A stretch of 64,000 nt of DNA, taken from Alphaproteobacteria bacterium (GTDB lineage: Bacteria > Pseudomonadota > Alphaproteobacteria > Micavibrionales > UBA2020). The notes under the pieces were generated by a model. That model was not told the DNA's origin and ran no database searches. It saw nothing but the letters and a program-made list of their open reading frames with translations. The stretch lies in assembly GCA_035437825.1 (NCBI GenBank), contig DAOMYX010000001.1, positions 38,986 through 102,985 on the forward strand, read 5' to 3'. This document shows positions 9,247 through 17,527 of this stretch, piece after piece (position 1 is the first letter of the stretch; each line of letters starts with the position of its first letter). The translations under genes and the position numbers were made by a program.

Positions 9247-10242
9247 ATGAAAAGGCATGGCATTGTGGTGCGTCCCGAAGGCGATTTGGGCGCGACGTTC
9301 AACCCGGGTGCGGCAAAACATGCCGACGGGCATTTTGTGATGCTGGTGCGCTCCGTGCCCAAGGGCTATCAGAAAATCGGCAACGTCAATCAATTCGACG
9401 ATAACTACACATCGCACTTGAGCCTGTGGGAAGGCGCCGCGCCGGATAAGGATTTCAAGCTTGTCGATGCGGCGGCGCTCAAACCCGACCAGCCCTTCGA
9501 CAAATTCGGTCTGGAAGACCCGCGCATCACTAAAATCGGCGATACCTATTACATCCTTTACACATCGATTGCCAAAGGCCTGTCGCAGCCTGACGCTGAC
9601 GAAGGCATCCGTATCGCCCTTGCCAGCACCAAAGATTTCCGCACGTTTGAAAAACACGGGGTCATCGGCCCCGACCGCCGCTGCAAGGCGGGCGTTTTGT
9701 TTGAAAGCGGCGGCAAGGTGCATTTCATGTGGAAAGACGAAGCGGGGGTGGAGCGCACCATGATGTCCCCCGCGCCGGAAGATTTCACCAACCCCGCCGC
9801 ATGGCAAAAAATGTGGGCAAGCTACGACATTGAAAAAGACCAGCTGCTCGGCCCGCAGAATAACGGCTATGAAGCGCACGGTATCGAACCGGGCGCGCCG
9901 CCCGTGGAGCTGCCCGAAGGTTTGCTGCTGGTCTATTCCAGCATTTCGGACGATTTCAAATGGACGATTAGCCTGATGCTGCTCGACAAAAACGACCCGA
10001 AGAAAATTTTGGCCAAGAGCGAGGCGCCGTCGCTGCGCCCCGAAGCCGATTACGAAATTTCGGGCGATGTGAACAATGTGGTGTTTCCCTGCGGCGCGGT
10101 GGTCGATAACGGGCGGCTTTACGTTTATTATGGCGGCGCCGATACGATTTGCGCGGTAGGCAGCGAGGATTTGAACACCATCCGCACGGCGCTGAAGCCT
10201 TTCCGGAATAACCCGCTGCCCCCAAAGCCGGCGCAGCCTTAA
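9247..10242 (+). CDS. glycoside hydrolase family 130-like (DUF377 beta-propeller, glycosyl phosphorylase/hydrolase)
   Basis: ORF 9178..10242; I prefer ATG 9247 (MKRHGIVV). Pattern NPGAAKH..FVMLVRSV, GLEDPRITKIGDTYYILYTS, NVVFPCGAVVDNGRLYVYYGGADT. Confidence 0.65.
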   Translation: MKRHGIVVRPEGDLGATFNPGAAKHADGHFVMLVRSVPKGYQKIGNVNQFDDNYTSHLSLWEGAAPDKDFKLVDAAALKPDQPFDKFGLEDPRITKIGDTYYILYTSIAKGLSQPDADEGIRIALASTKDFRTFEKHGVIGPDRRCKAGVLFESGGKVHFMWKDEAGVERTMMSPAPEDFTNPAAWQKMWASYDIEKDQLLGPQNNGYEAHGIEPGAPPVELPEGLLLVYSSISDDFKWTISLMLLDKNDPKKILAKSEAPSLRPEADYEISGDVNNVVFPCGAVVDNGRLYVYYGGADTICAVGSEDLNTIRTALKPFRNNPLPPKPAQP

Positions 10243-10286
10243 CATCTGTTTGTTTAGTAACACTTTTTTTGCACGGCGGCGCGGCG

Positions 10287-10326
10287 TTGACTTTTCATGC
10301 CTGCGGCATAGATGATTATTATCATC
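10287..10326 (+). promoter_or_regulatory. promoter-like TTGACT plus 16-bp AT-rich palindrome GATGATTATTATCATC overlapping the -10 position
   Basis: TTGACT at 10287-10292. Perfect inverted repeat GATGAT-TATT-ATCATC at 10311-10326, about 50 nt upstream of the micro-ORF start. Confidence 0.35.
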
Positions 10327-10375
10327 AAATACCGCGATGATTTTACGCATGAACACTTCAACGAAGGAGGAACTC

Positions 10376-10513
10376 ATGACCAACCAAGAACAAGCCCAGA
10401 AAGACGATAGCGGCTGCTGTGCGACCGAAGCTGCCAAAAAGCAGGCTGAAGCCGCCAAGACCGAGAAAAAAGAAGAAGGCAGCTGCTCCACCGGCGGCTG
10501 CGGTTGCGGTTAA
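10376..10513 (+). CDS. 45-aa cysteine-rich peptide (metallothionein-like or precursor peptide), not in ORF track
   Basis: GAAGGAGG SD lies 5-6 nt before ATG 10376. Product: MTNQEQAQKDDSGCCATEAAKKQAEAAKTEKKEEGSCSTGGCGCG. TAA at 10511, with a terminator 24 nt downstream. Confidence 0.55.
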   Translation: MTNQEQAQKDDSGCCATEAAKKQAEAAKTEKKEEGSCSTGGCGCG

Positions 10514-10536
10514 GCCGTAACGTCGCTTCGTACAAG

Positions 10537-10568
10537 AAAGGCCGGATATCCTCCGGCCTTTTCTTTTT
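10537..10568 (+). terminator. rho-independent terminator
   Basis: AAAGGCCGGA-TATCC-TCCGGCCTTT (10-bp stem) followed by TCTTTTT. Confidence 0.75.
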
Positions 10569-10622
10569 ACAGCGCACGCCTTTTTTGGTTATGCTTTGTT
10601 TTGCAAAACAAGGGAGCCTGTC

Positions 10623-11204
10623 ATGAGCCAGACACCGGAAGGTACGAGCGAAGAGGGCGTGAGTGTCGCGGCCATTGTGGAAATGCTGTCGCTGTTTTCC
10701 ATGCTTTGCGGTCTTTTTCTTATGCTGGCGTCAGCTTATTTTTATATTGATGTCACGCGCTCTGTGCATGGCGCGGTCCTTCCGGCTTTCAGTGACATCG
10801 GCAAGGCCATATCCGGCGCGGCAGGCGGCGGGCTTACCGACGAAGACCGCGCGGAATTCCAGGATATAGCCGAGGAATCTGCAAGGTTGCAGGAAGACTT
10901 GCGCGAAGCGATTGCGGACGGCGATAAAAATAACATCGAATACCTCCGGCAGGAACAAAACGAACTGGCCGAGCGGGAACGTGAACTGGTCGAAAACATC
11001 CACTCCCGCGGCGATGACGATATGGCACCCGTCAAGGAACAGGTCGATGCGGTGGGTGAGGCGCTTGAAAAAGAAACCGGCAACCTGCGCGAGCAGATGG
11101 AAGTTGCCTATACGCTGTGCCTGTTCGGCGCGCCGATGTTTTTTCTGGGGGGCGCGGCTTATCGCATTACGCGCAGCCTGCGACGGGAAAAGGAACGGGG
11201 ATAG
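10623..11204 (+). CDS. membrane protein with two TM helices flanking an acidic coiled-coil region
   Basis: ORF 10596..11204; I prefer ATG 10623. TM1 IVEMLSLFSMLCGLFLMLASAYFYI, TM2 VAYTLCLFGAPMFFLGGAAY. The central region is heptad-like and E/D/R-rich. Confidence 0.6.
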   Translation: MSQTPEGTSEEGVSVAAIVEMLSLFSMLCGLFLMLASAYFYIDVTRSVHGAVLPAFSDIGKAISGAAGGGLTDEDRAEFQDIAEESARLQEDLREAIADGDKNNIEYLRQEQNELAERERELVENIHSRGDDDMAPVKEQVDAVGEALEKETGNLREQMEVAYTLCLFGAPMFFLGGAAYRITRSLRREKERG

Positions 11205-11210
11205 TTTTTT

Positions 11211-12095
11211 TTAAGATGCTTTTGGCGCGCAAAGTTTGGGCGCAAGGGGCTGCCAGTTTTCTGTTTCCGCAGCCAGGCGGTGCAGGACGATATCCGCTAT
11301 GCGCGCATCGCGAGTCAGCGACAGGTGACCTGCATTGACGGGAATGTTTTCAGTATTTGGTGCCGCGTAATTCAGGCTGGCGCGCCAGTTTACCATGCGG
11401 TCTTGCATGCCCACGATGGATGTGGTGGGGACGGGCAGCGGGCTGCGCGTGTCGCCCGCGCTTTCCTGTTCGTCATTGAGCGGCGGGTTGAAGGCGTTAT
11501 AGGCACGGCGCATGATGGGGTCGAGCTCGCCTTTTTTATCCGTCATTGAAAACGGCGCGCCGAGGGTAATCACCTGCGATACCTTGTCCGGAAACTGCCG
11601 CGCCAGTTCGCGCGCGTAAACGCCGCCAAGGCTGAAGCCGACCAGCGCGATTTTCTGCCCCGGATGTTTTTGCGCAATCTCGTTCAGCTTTGTGCCCATG
11701 CCCAGCACGACGTCTTCGCTGATACCTGTATTGACGCCTTGTCCCCAGCCATAGACCGTATAGCCATGCGCACCGAGTTTGCCCGTCAGACGGCTCATGG
11801 TCATCTCGCCGCCCATAAATCCGGGTACAACCATCACGGGCTGGCCGTTGCCGCGCGGGGCGGCGGGCAGGGGCGCATCCGACAGAAGCATTTCCGTGCA
11901 ATCGCGCGTCGGCAAATGATAGGCCTTGGCGGCGCGGGGATGGACATAGGGGCTGTCCGGTGTGGTCACATGCCATGCCGCGATGCCGCCGCCAGCTGCC
12001 GCGGCAGTGAAAGCGGCCAGCAATGCACCGCGCAGCCACGGGCGGCGCGGCGACTCTTTACCTTGGAGATTTTGCGGGCGTTCGGGCTTGGACAA
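11211..12095 (-). CDS. alpha/beta-hydrolase (lipase/esterase-like), N-terminal anchor or Tat-like signal
   Basis: Nucleophile elbow GFSLGG in IALVGFSLGGVYARELA. N-terminus SPRRPWLRGALLAAFTAAAAGG. Confidence 0.7.
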   Translation of the reverse strand: MSKPERPQNLQGKESPRRPWLRGALLAAFTAAAAGGGIAAWHVTTPDSPYVHPRAAKAYHLPTRDCTEMLLSDAPLPAAPRGNGQPVMVVPGFMGGEMTMSRLTGKLGAHGYTVYGWGQGVNTGISEDVVLGMGTKLNEIAQKHPGQKIALVGFSLGGVYARELARQFPDKVSQVITLGAPFSMTDKKGELDPIMRRAYNAFNPPLNDEQESAGDTRSPLPVPTTSIVGMQDRMVNWRASLNYAAPNTENIPVNAGHLSLTRDARIADIVLHRLAAETENWQPLAPKLCAPKAS

Positions 12096-12302
12096 AGGGC
12101 ACCTTTAAATAAGTTATGTGAATATACCGCAGCTGCGGGCAGGGTCAAGCGGCCTCGTTTTTTCGTAATGTTATAATAGACATACATTCTTTCGGGTTTT
12201 GTCCGGATTTCGCCTTTGCTGCACCGCCCCGCGCTTTACCCGAATCCGTTGAGTTGCTAGGGTCGCGCCACACACCCGAATATCTATCAAGGAGAGGCGC
12301 GT

Positions 12303-13556
12303 ATGCAGCAGGCACACGATGTCGTCGAAAAAGTTCTCAAGCCGTGGCTGGAGAAACATCACCCCAATGCGGATTTGGTCATCATGGCGGGCTCTTTCGG
12401 CCGCGCGATGAAAAACGGCGGATACCAGCCCATCGCGTCTTCGGACGTGGATATGGTCATTATTTACCGCGACCTTGAAAACGGCGGTTTTAAAGCGGCC
12501 ACGCAAATCTTCACCATGGAAGAAGTCGGCACCAAGCTGGGCGAAGAAAAACCCCGCACCATGATGATTGACACCAACATCCTCGATTTCGCATCGCTGT
12601 ACTATCACGACCAGGTCGTGCGCGAAAACAAGTCGGTGGCCTTCATCAACGTCATGCTGGACGAAGGTTATGTGCTGAAAGACACGCTCGGCATCGGCCC
12701 CATCGTGCAGCAGAAGGCGAAGGATTTTCTGGCCGCAGGGCCGCTCGCGCTGTCCAAGGCGAAATGGGAAGATGAAATTTCCATGATGGAAACCTTCCTG
12801 AAGGATATTCGGGCCGCAGGCTCGGCTGAGGAAAAACAATTCCTCGGCGCGATGGCGCTGATACATGTGGCCGATTACGGCCTGCACCTGCAGGAATTCT
12901 GGCCGCGATTCAATCAGGCCTACCGCAGCTATGACCAGTATTTCCCCGGCGAGGGGACGAAACTGACCGAAGCTTTCTCTCCGCTCGTGCGCGAGGGGGA
13001 GAGCCTCAAGGTTGAAATCCTTCTGGAAGAATACATCGCCCGCGGCCGTGAAAAGATGAAAACCGCGCCGGAAAAAGCGCCGGATGTTCTCTTCCCTGTA
13101 CAATCCAACGTGCCCGAAGAGGAAAGAAAGGCGATTAACAAGACCTATTTCAAATTCGCGCTTGAACATTATTGCGAAGCGCTCGAGCCGAGTGCGCGCC
13201 GCGGCGAGCTGGCGCAGCTTTTGAACCTGTCGGCAACCTTGCTGACGCTGAAATCGGCGCAGGGCGCGAATGACGACGCCAAGCCGGGTATCGGCGCGGC
13301 CGCCATGCATTTCTTCAACGACCGCGTGCCGAACGCGCTGCCCGCCACGCTGGACGGTTTGCGCGAAAATAATTTCGACGGCCTGCGCAATGTTGCCGAA
13401 GACGTTCTGAAAGACGTCGGCGGCCGTCATTACAGCCGCCTTGAAAACTATTATCTCGACGACATCGCGCGCGTCAACGCGATGGCGGATAAACGCGCCA
13501 ATGAAAACAACCAGCCGGCGCAAAAACCGGCTTTCAAGCCGAACTATAAACTTTAA
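12303..13556 (+). CDS. pol-beta superfamily nucleotidyltransferase with long helical C-terminal extension
   Basis: NTase signature DLVIMAGSFGRA...SSDVDMVIIY plus a third acidic site in MMIDTNILD (KNTase/MNT-like order). The remaining roughly 280 aa are helical with no motif I recognise. Confidence 0.65.
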   Translation: MQQAHDVVEKVLKPWLEKHHPNADLVIMAGSFGRAMKNGGYQPIASSDVDMVIIYRDLENGGFKAATQIFTMEEVGTKLGEEKPRTMMIDTNILDFASLYYHDQVVRENKSVAFINVMLDEGYVLKDTLGIGPIVQQKAKDFLAAGPLALSKAKWEDEISMMETFLKDIRAAGSAEEKQFLGAMALIHVADYGLHLQEFWPRFNQAYRSYDQYFPGEGTKLTEAFSPLVREGESLKVEILLEEYIARGREKMKTAPEKAPDVLFPVQSNVPEEERKAINKTYFKFALEHYCEALEPSARRGELAQLLNLSATLLTLKSAQGANDDAKPGIGAAAMHFFNDRVPNALPATLDGLRENNFDGLRNVAEDVLKDVGGRHYSRLENYYLDDIARVNAMADKRANENNQPAQKPAFKPNYKL

Positions 13557-13582
13557 CCTGAAATCTGCTGACTGGAACCATT

Positions 13583-14224
13583 ATGTCCGAACCACGCTAT
13601 GTGCTTTACAAAAACGACCTGCCCGACGGGCTGACCTTTGGCGACACGCTGGCCGTTGACAGCGAGTTTATGGGGCTGAACGTCTGGCGCGACCGCCTGT
13701 GCCTGCTGCAAATCTACGACGGCAGCGAAGGCGGCAAGACGCACATGGTGCAGTTTGACAAGGACAATTACGATTGCCCGAACGTCAAAAAACTGATGGC
13801 CGACGCATCGAAGAAAAAACTGTTTTACTTCGCGCGCGGCGACATGCGGTGGATTGGCCATTACCTCGGCGTTATTCTTGAAAACGTCTATTGCCTGAAA
13901 ATTGCGTCGCGCATCGCGCGCACCTATACGCAGGCGCATGACCTTGAAGACGTCGCCAAACATGTTCTGGGCGTCAAAATCTCCAAGGAACAGCAATGCA
14001 CCAACTGGGGCGCGCCGGAGCTGACGCATGCGCAGCTCGACTACGCCTGCAACGATGTTATCTATCTGCACGGCATTCAGGAAAAACTGGACGAGCTTTT
14101 GGCGCACGAAGGCCGCACGCACATTGCCGACGGCCTGTTCAAGGCACTGCCCGCCGTGGTGCGCGCCGACCTTGCCGGCTGGTCGCACGAAGATATTTTC
14201 GCCTATCACGTTCCCAAGCCGTAA
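13583..14224 (+). CDS. DEDDy 3'-5' exonuclease domain protein (short RNase D-like)
   Basis: Exo motifs LAVDSEFMGL, FARGDMRW and LDYACNDVIYLH. At 213 aa it is the exonuclease core only, without HRDC. Confidence 0.75.
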   Translation: MSEPRYVLYKNDLPDGLTFGDTLAVDSEFMGLNVWRDRLCLLQIYDGSEGGKTHMVQFDKDNYDCPNVKKLMADASKKKLFYFARGDMRWIGHYLGVILENVYCLKIASRIARTYTQAHDLEDVAKHVLGVKISKEQQCTNWGAPELTHAQLDYACNDVIYLHGIQEKLDELLAHEGRTHIADGLFKALPAVVRADLAGWSHEDIFAYHVPKP

Positions 14225-14392
14225 GCGCGGGGCAGGGGAGAATCTGAAAACGCCGCAGGCCTGTGGCGTGTAGCATGAAGGGTAATTTTATTACCTTTAA
14301 CCTTTGGAATACTTTTCACTCCATGCGCGGCCATGCAGGGGGCGATTCCTGAGGATAAGAGATATAAACTATTGAAAATAAAAAGAATAATC

Positions 14393-14406
14393 GCGTTTGC
14401 AAACGC
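14393..14406. promoter_or_regulatory. perfect 14-bp palindrome GCGTTTGCAAACGC in AT-rich spacer
   Basis: Read directly from the sequence. It lies about 60 bp upstream of the promoter-like element of the TelA-like gene. Confidence 0.3.
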
Positions 14407-14462
14407 CGGAAATATTGGATAATGTGTCACCGTAATCGTTAAAAAATTATTGACATCCGCGC

Positions 14463-14491
14463 TTGACATTATGTCATCGCTTTTGTAATTT
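14463..14491 (+). promoter_or_regulatory. sigma70-like promoter candidate with overlapping palindrome
   Basis: TTGACA (14463-14468), 17 bp, then TAATTT (14486-14491). A second TTGACA sits at 14450. Palindrome TGACA-TTA-TGTCA at 14464-14476 overlaps the -35. Confidence 0.4.
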
Positions 14492-14570
14492 TGTCGCGAT
14501 TAAGAAAAATAACCAGTCACGCAACCCCCATCGTTGGTGTACCCATAGATTCACCGAGGAGCCTTTCCAG

Positions 14571-15977
14571 ATGATGAATAAACAGCACAGCGCCGAAGCA
14601 GATTTTAACCGCAATGCGGAAGACGGCGGCGAACCGAAAGACAGCCAGCGTATGAAGCGCGCGCGCGGCGGCGTGATTTACTTCGAAGATGCGGAAGAAG
14701 ACCTGCGCAAAGAAATGCTGCGCATCATGGACCCCATCGACAAAGCGCCCAACAGCTTCGAAGCTGTCATCAGCTACGGTAACGCGCCGCTCGACAAGCT
14801 CGGCAAAGTCGCGAACGAGATGATACGCGTCCAGACCAAATTCAACACCGAAGTCAACGTGATGGCTTCCGCTTTCGACAAACTCGAAAACGGCATCAAA
14901 GACATGAACCTTGACACCTTCGGCGAAGCGACCCGCAAAGCGCTGCAAGGCATGGCCGGCGCGGCCGGTTCGGGCGTGAAGGGCGTAGGCAAATTCATGC
15001 GCGGCATGTGGGACAGCGTTTCCGGTGCCAAAGCAAAACGCACCGAAGACGAAAAAGTCGTCAAAGAAATGCAAGAAGCGCTGCCGCAGATGCTCGAAGA
15101 CCTGCTGAAAATGGTCAAGAACATCGAAAGCACGGAAAAAGGCATTATCGAAGTGACGCGCGAAGCTGAAAAGCTCGGCAAGGCGCGTACCGAAGCCACC
15201 CGCGAAATCTCCATCTACCTCGGCGCCGGCAAAGAAGTTCTGCGCCGTTTCGATGAAGACTACATCAAAGAAGCAAAAGAAGTATTCGAAGAGACGGGTG
15301 ACCCCGAAGATGAAATCTTCATGAAAGAAGTCATCAAGCGCCGCGAAGATTTCGAAGACCGCCTGATGGTTCTCGAAGGCTCCCGCGCGCAGTCCGTCAT
15401 CGCCGCCCAGCAGCTGATGCAGATGATTGAGACGATGGAAGACCAGCGCAAGAAAATCCAGGACATCCTGCGCAACGGCCAGAACGAGTGGAAAGCAATG
15501 CTCGTCGCCGCCGGTATCGCCGGTTCGTCCCTCAAAGTCGCGCAGACCATCAAGAAAGCCGACGAAATGGGCGACCGCATGCACGACCAGACCCAGCACA
15601 TGATCGAGCAAGCGCACGAACTGACCCAGAACTCCAAGGCGCGCGGCACCATTGACCCGCAGAAACTTATCGAAGCGGCGCAGCGTCTTGAGCGTCTGCT
15701 CGAAAGCGAAGCGGAAAACCGTGAAAAACGCCGCGTTCAAATCGAAGCAACGTCGAAAGCTCTGCGCGGTGCGACCGACAAGCTTATCGAAGCCGCTGAA
15801 AGCAGCAACAAAGCCCGCCAGATTGAAGCGGTGCGTGTTGCCGAAGAAAACGCCGAAAAAGCGCGCAAAGAGCGTGAAGACTCTGCCGAGGCAAACGACA
15901 ACAGCGAAGGCGTTGCAACGCCCGCTGCTGCCGACAAGCCGGCACCGCGTCGCCGCTCTCCGCGCGGTCCGAAGTGA
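14571..15977 (+). CDS. TelA / toxic anion resistance family protein (YaaN/KlaB-like) with charged C-terminal extension
   Basis: ORF 14463..15977; I prefer ATG 14571, which has GAGGAG 9 nt upstream. MDPIDKAPNSFEAVISYGNAPLDKLGKVANEMI matches the family IDPxD..aIISYGaxaQ block. ISIYLGAGKEVL and LEGSRAQSVIAAQQLMQMIE blocks are also family-like. Confidence 0.7.
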   Translation: MMNKQHSAEADFNRNAEDGGEPKDSQRMKRARGGVIYFEDAEEDLRKEMLRIMDPIDKAPNSFEAVISYGNAPLDKLGKVANEMIRVQTKFNTEVNVMASAFDKLENGIKDMNLDTFGEATRKALQGMAGAAGSGVKGVGKFMRGMWDSVSGAKAKRTEDEKVVKEMQEALPQMLEDLLKMVKNIESTEKGIIEVTREAEKLGKARTEATREISIYLGAGKEVLRRFDEDYIKEAKEVFEETGDPEDEIFMKEVIKRREDFEDRLMVLEGSRAQSVIAAQQLMQMIETMEDQRKKIQDILRNGQNEWKAMLVAAGIAGSSLKVAQTIKKADEMGDRMHDQTQHMIEQAHELTQNSKARGTIDPQKLIEAAQRLERLLESEAENREKRRVQIEATSKALRGATDKLIEAAESSNKARQIEAVRVAEENAEKARKEREDSAEANDNSEGVATPAAADKPAPRRRSPRGPK

Positions 15978-15984
15978 TAAAGAC

Positions 15985-16025
15985 AAGGCTGGCGTGCTGC
16001 ATTTGCGGCCGCCAGCCTTTCTTTC
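15985..16025 (+). terminator. hairpin with T-rich tail between TelA-like gene and next gene (partial terminator or attenuator candidate)
   Basis: AAGGCTGGCG ... CGCCAGCCTT (10-bp stem, 15-nt loop) followed by TCTTTC. Confidence 0.4.
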
Positions 16026-16089
16026 AACTTCGGCACGTTTTATGAATAAGTGATAAAGAACGGCCAAAAGAATATAAAGAGGTGTGACG

Positions 16090-17505
16090 ATGAATTGGTT
16101 CACGGGCAAAAAAGAAGAAAAAGCACCGGCTCCCGCACGCGAAAAAGACGCTGAATCCTGGAACGACGGTATCAACGCCGCCATGCCCGCGAAGGCGCAA
16201 TTCTTCGACGCTATGCGCACCGACGCCTATCAGAACCTGAACCTTGTCGAAAACCACGTTGAATTCTGGGCGGCGCTGCGCGTTGACCCTGCCGAAGACA
16301 AATGGCGCGTCATGCACTACATGGTCTTCGCACTTGACCGTGACGACGGTAAATTCGTATCCGAAGTGCATGTCAAAGACGGCAGCGGCAAACCCCGCGA
16401 TGTCAGCTTCGCCGAAGCTGTCAGTCAACTAGCGCGCGCCGATTTCGTCGCCAGCAACCTGAGCATGCGCGCCATCGAAGATTTCGATGACAAATATCCG
16501 GCTGAACAATATCCAGAGATTAAGGCGCATTACCACGACCTCGAACACTACAAAGGCGTTGCGAATATCGAAGGTATCGCGTTCAACCAGAACAACGAAC
16601 CGTACCGCCGTATCGAAGGCAAGATTTTCACCGACGGCACGTTCGAGCGCAGCGAAGTTAACAAATCCATTCTGGCCGTTGACGGCGCGCGCGAAGTGCC
16701 GCAGGTGAAAGCGAAAATCGAAGGCGGCATTCTGTCGGATATTTTCAGCTCCCACGCTGACAAAAATGCATCGCTCGACCAGCTGCTGAACATCGGTAAA
16801 GTTCTTATCGTCATGGACCAGTTCGCCGTGCAAGTCGGTGCCGCTTATCTGGCTGCGCAGGTCGCCGCGGGTAAGGATGACGGCTTTGACCGTATCGAAG
16901 GTTTGAATGCTGCGGATAAAAAGAAAATCCTCGAACAGGCGCGCAACGCACTGCCGACGCTCAAGGAAGATACGGCGGCTAAAAAGGCGCTGTCCGCGAT
17001 TATTCCGGAGATGAACGAAAAACTGGAAGAAGCCGAAGCGCTTGGCGTTTATGTCGAGCCGTTCCAGAAATTCTCGGCCGAGATGGAGCTGTACTTCAAC
17101 CTTGTCAACGCATCCAAAAACCGCAGCAAGCTGATGAGCGATGTTCTCTCGCCGTCCAACGCCGATGGCAACATGGTGACAGACATCGTACGTTCGGTCG
17201 AACAGGCGCAGCGCAAGTTTTATGACCTCGGCGGTTCGCAAGAGCAGATGGACAAGCTGAAGGCATGGGTTGTCAGCCCGAACAAAGAGCAAATCCCCGG
17301 CTGGATTCCCGGCTTCCTGACGCGCTATTACACGTCGCGCGGCAAAGTCATGGAAAAAGTCCAGCAGCGCCGTGCCGGTGCGACGCAGGTGAAAGTCATG
17401 CCTGCCGAGGTTAAGCCGCCGGTCAGCGATGCCTATAACGAAGGCAATCTGCGTTCCCAGCAGGAAAAACCCGCCAAGAAATCGTCGCAAGGCCCGAACC
17501 CCTGA
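16090..17505 (+). CDS. uncharacterised soluble acidic protein (471 aa), operon partner 2
   Basis: ORF 16084..17505; ATG 16090 follows AAAGAGG. No TM helix, signal peptide or recognisable catalytic motif. GC-rich third positions support this strand over the antisense ORF 16429..17634. Confidence 0.65.
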   Translation: MNWFTGKKEEKAPAPAREKDAESWNDGINAAMPAKAQFFDAMRTDAYQNLNLVENHVEFWAALRVDPAEDKWRVMHYMVFALDRDDGKFVSEVHVKDGSGKPRDVSFAEAVSQLARADFVASNLSMRAIEDFDDKYPAEQYPEIKAHYHDLEHYKGVANIEGIAFNQNNEPYRRIEGKIFTDGTFERSEVNKSILAVDGAREVPQVKAKIEGGILSDIFSSHADKNASLDQLLNIGKVLIVMDQFAVQVGAAYLAAQVAAGKDDGFDRIEGLNAADKKKILEQARNALPTLKEDTAAKKALSAIIPEMNEKLEEAEALGVYVEPFQKFSAEMELYFNLVNASKNRSKLMSDVLSPSNADGNMVTDIVRSVEQAQRKFYDLGGSQEQMDKLKAWVVSPNKEQIPGWIPGFLTRYYTSRGKVMEKVQQRRAGATQVKVMPAEVKPPVSDAYNEGNLRSQQEKPAKKSSQGPNP

Positions 17506-17527
17506 TTCCTGAAAGGGGTTAACGGAT

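Noticed and set aside
10311-10326. Calling the GATGATTATTATCATC palindrome a Fur box.
   Set aside because: It shares only the AT-rich hexamer style. It does not fit the 7-1-7 TGATAAT-N-ATTATCA arrangement, and alphaproteobacterial iron regulators use other boxes. I keep it as an unassigned operator candidate.
12303-13556. The nucleotidyltransferase as a CBASS-type cGAS/DncV-like cyclase, with the nearby lipase-like hydrolase or 2-TM protein as effector.
   Set aside because: Only about 25 residues precede the GS motif and the GS-to-DxD spacing resembles KNTase/MNT-type enzymes, whereas CD-NTases have a long N-terminal spine helix. The candidate effectors are on the opposite strand or separated by a terminator. 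This cannot be excluded without a structure-based comparison, so it is mentioned only as a low-probability alternative.
14206-14469. An 87-aa minus-strand ORF and a 25-aa plus-strand ORF (ATG 14275) inside the AT-rich spacer upstream of the TelA-like gene.
   Set aside because: Neither has an SD sequence. Composition is driven by the AT-rich spacer, and the 87-aa ORF overlaps the exonuclease 3' end. They are more likely non-coding regulatory DNA.
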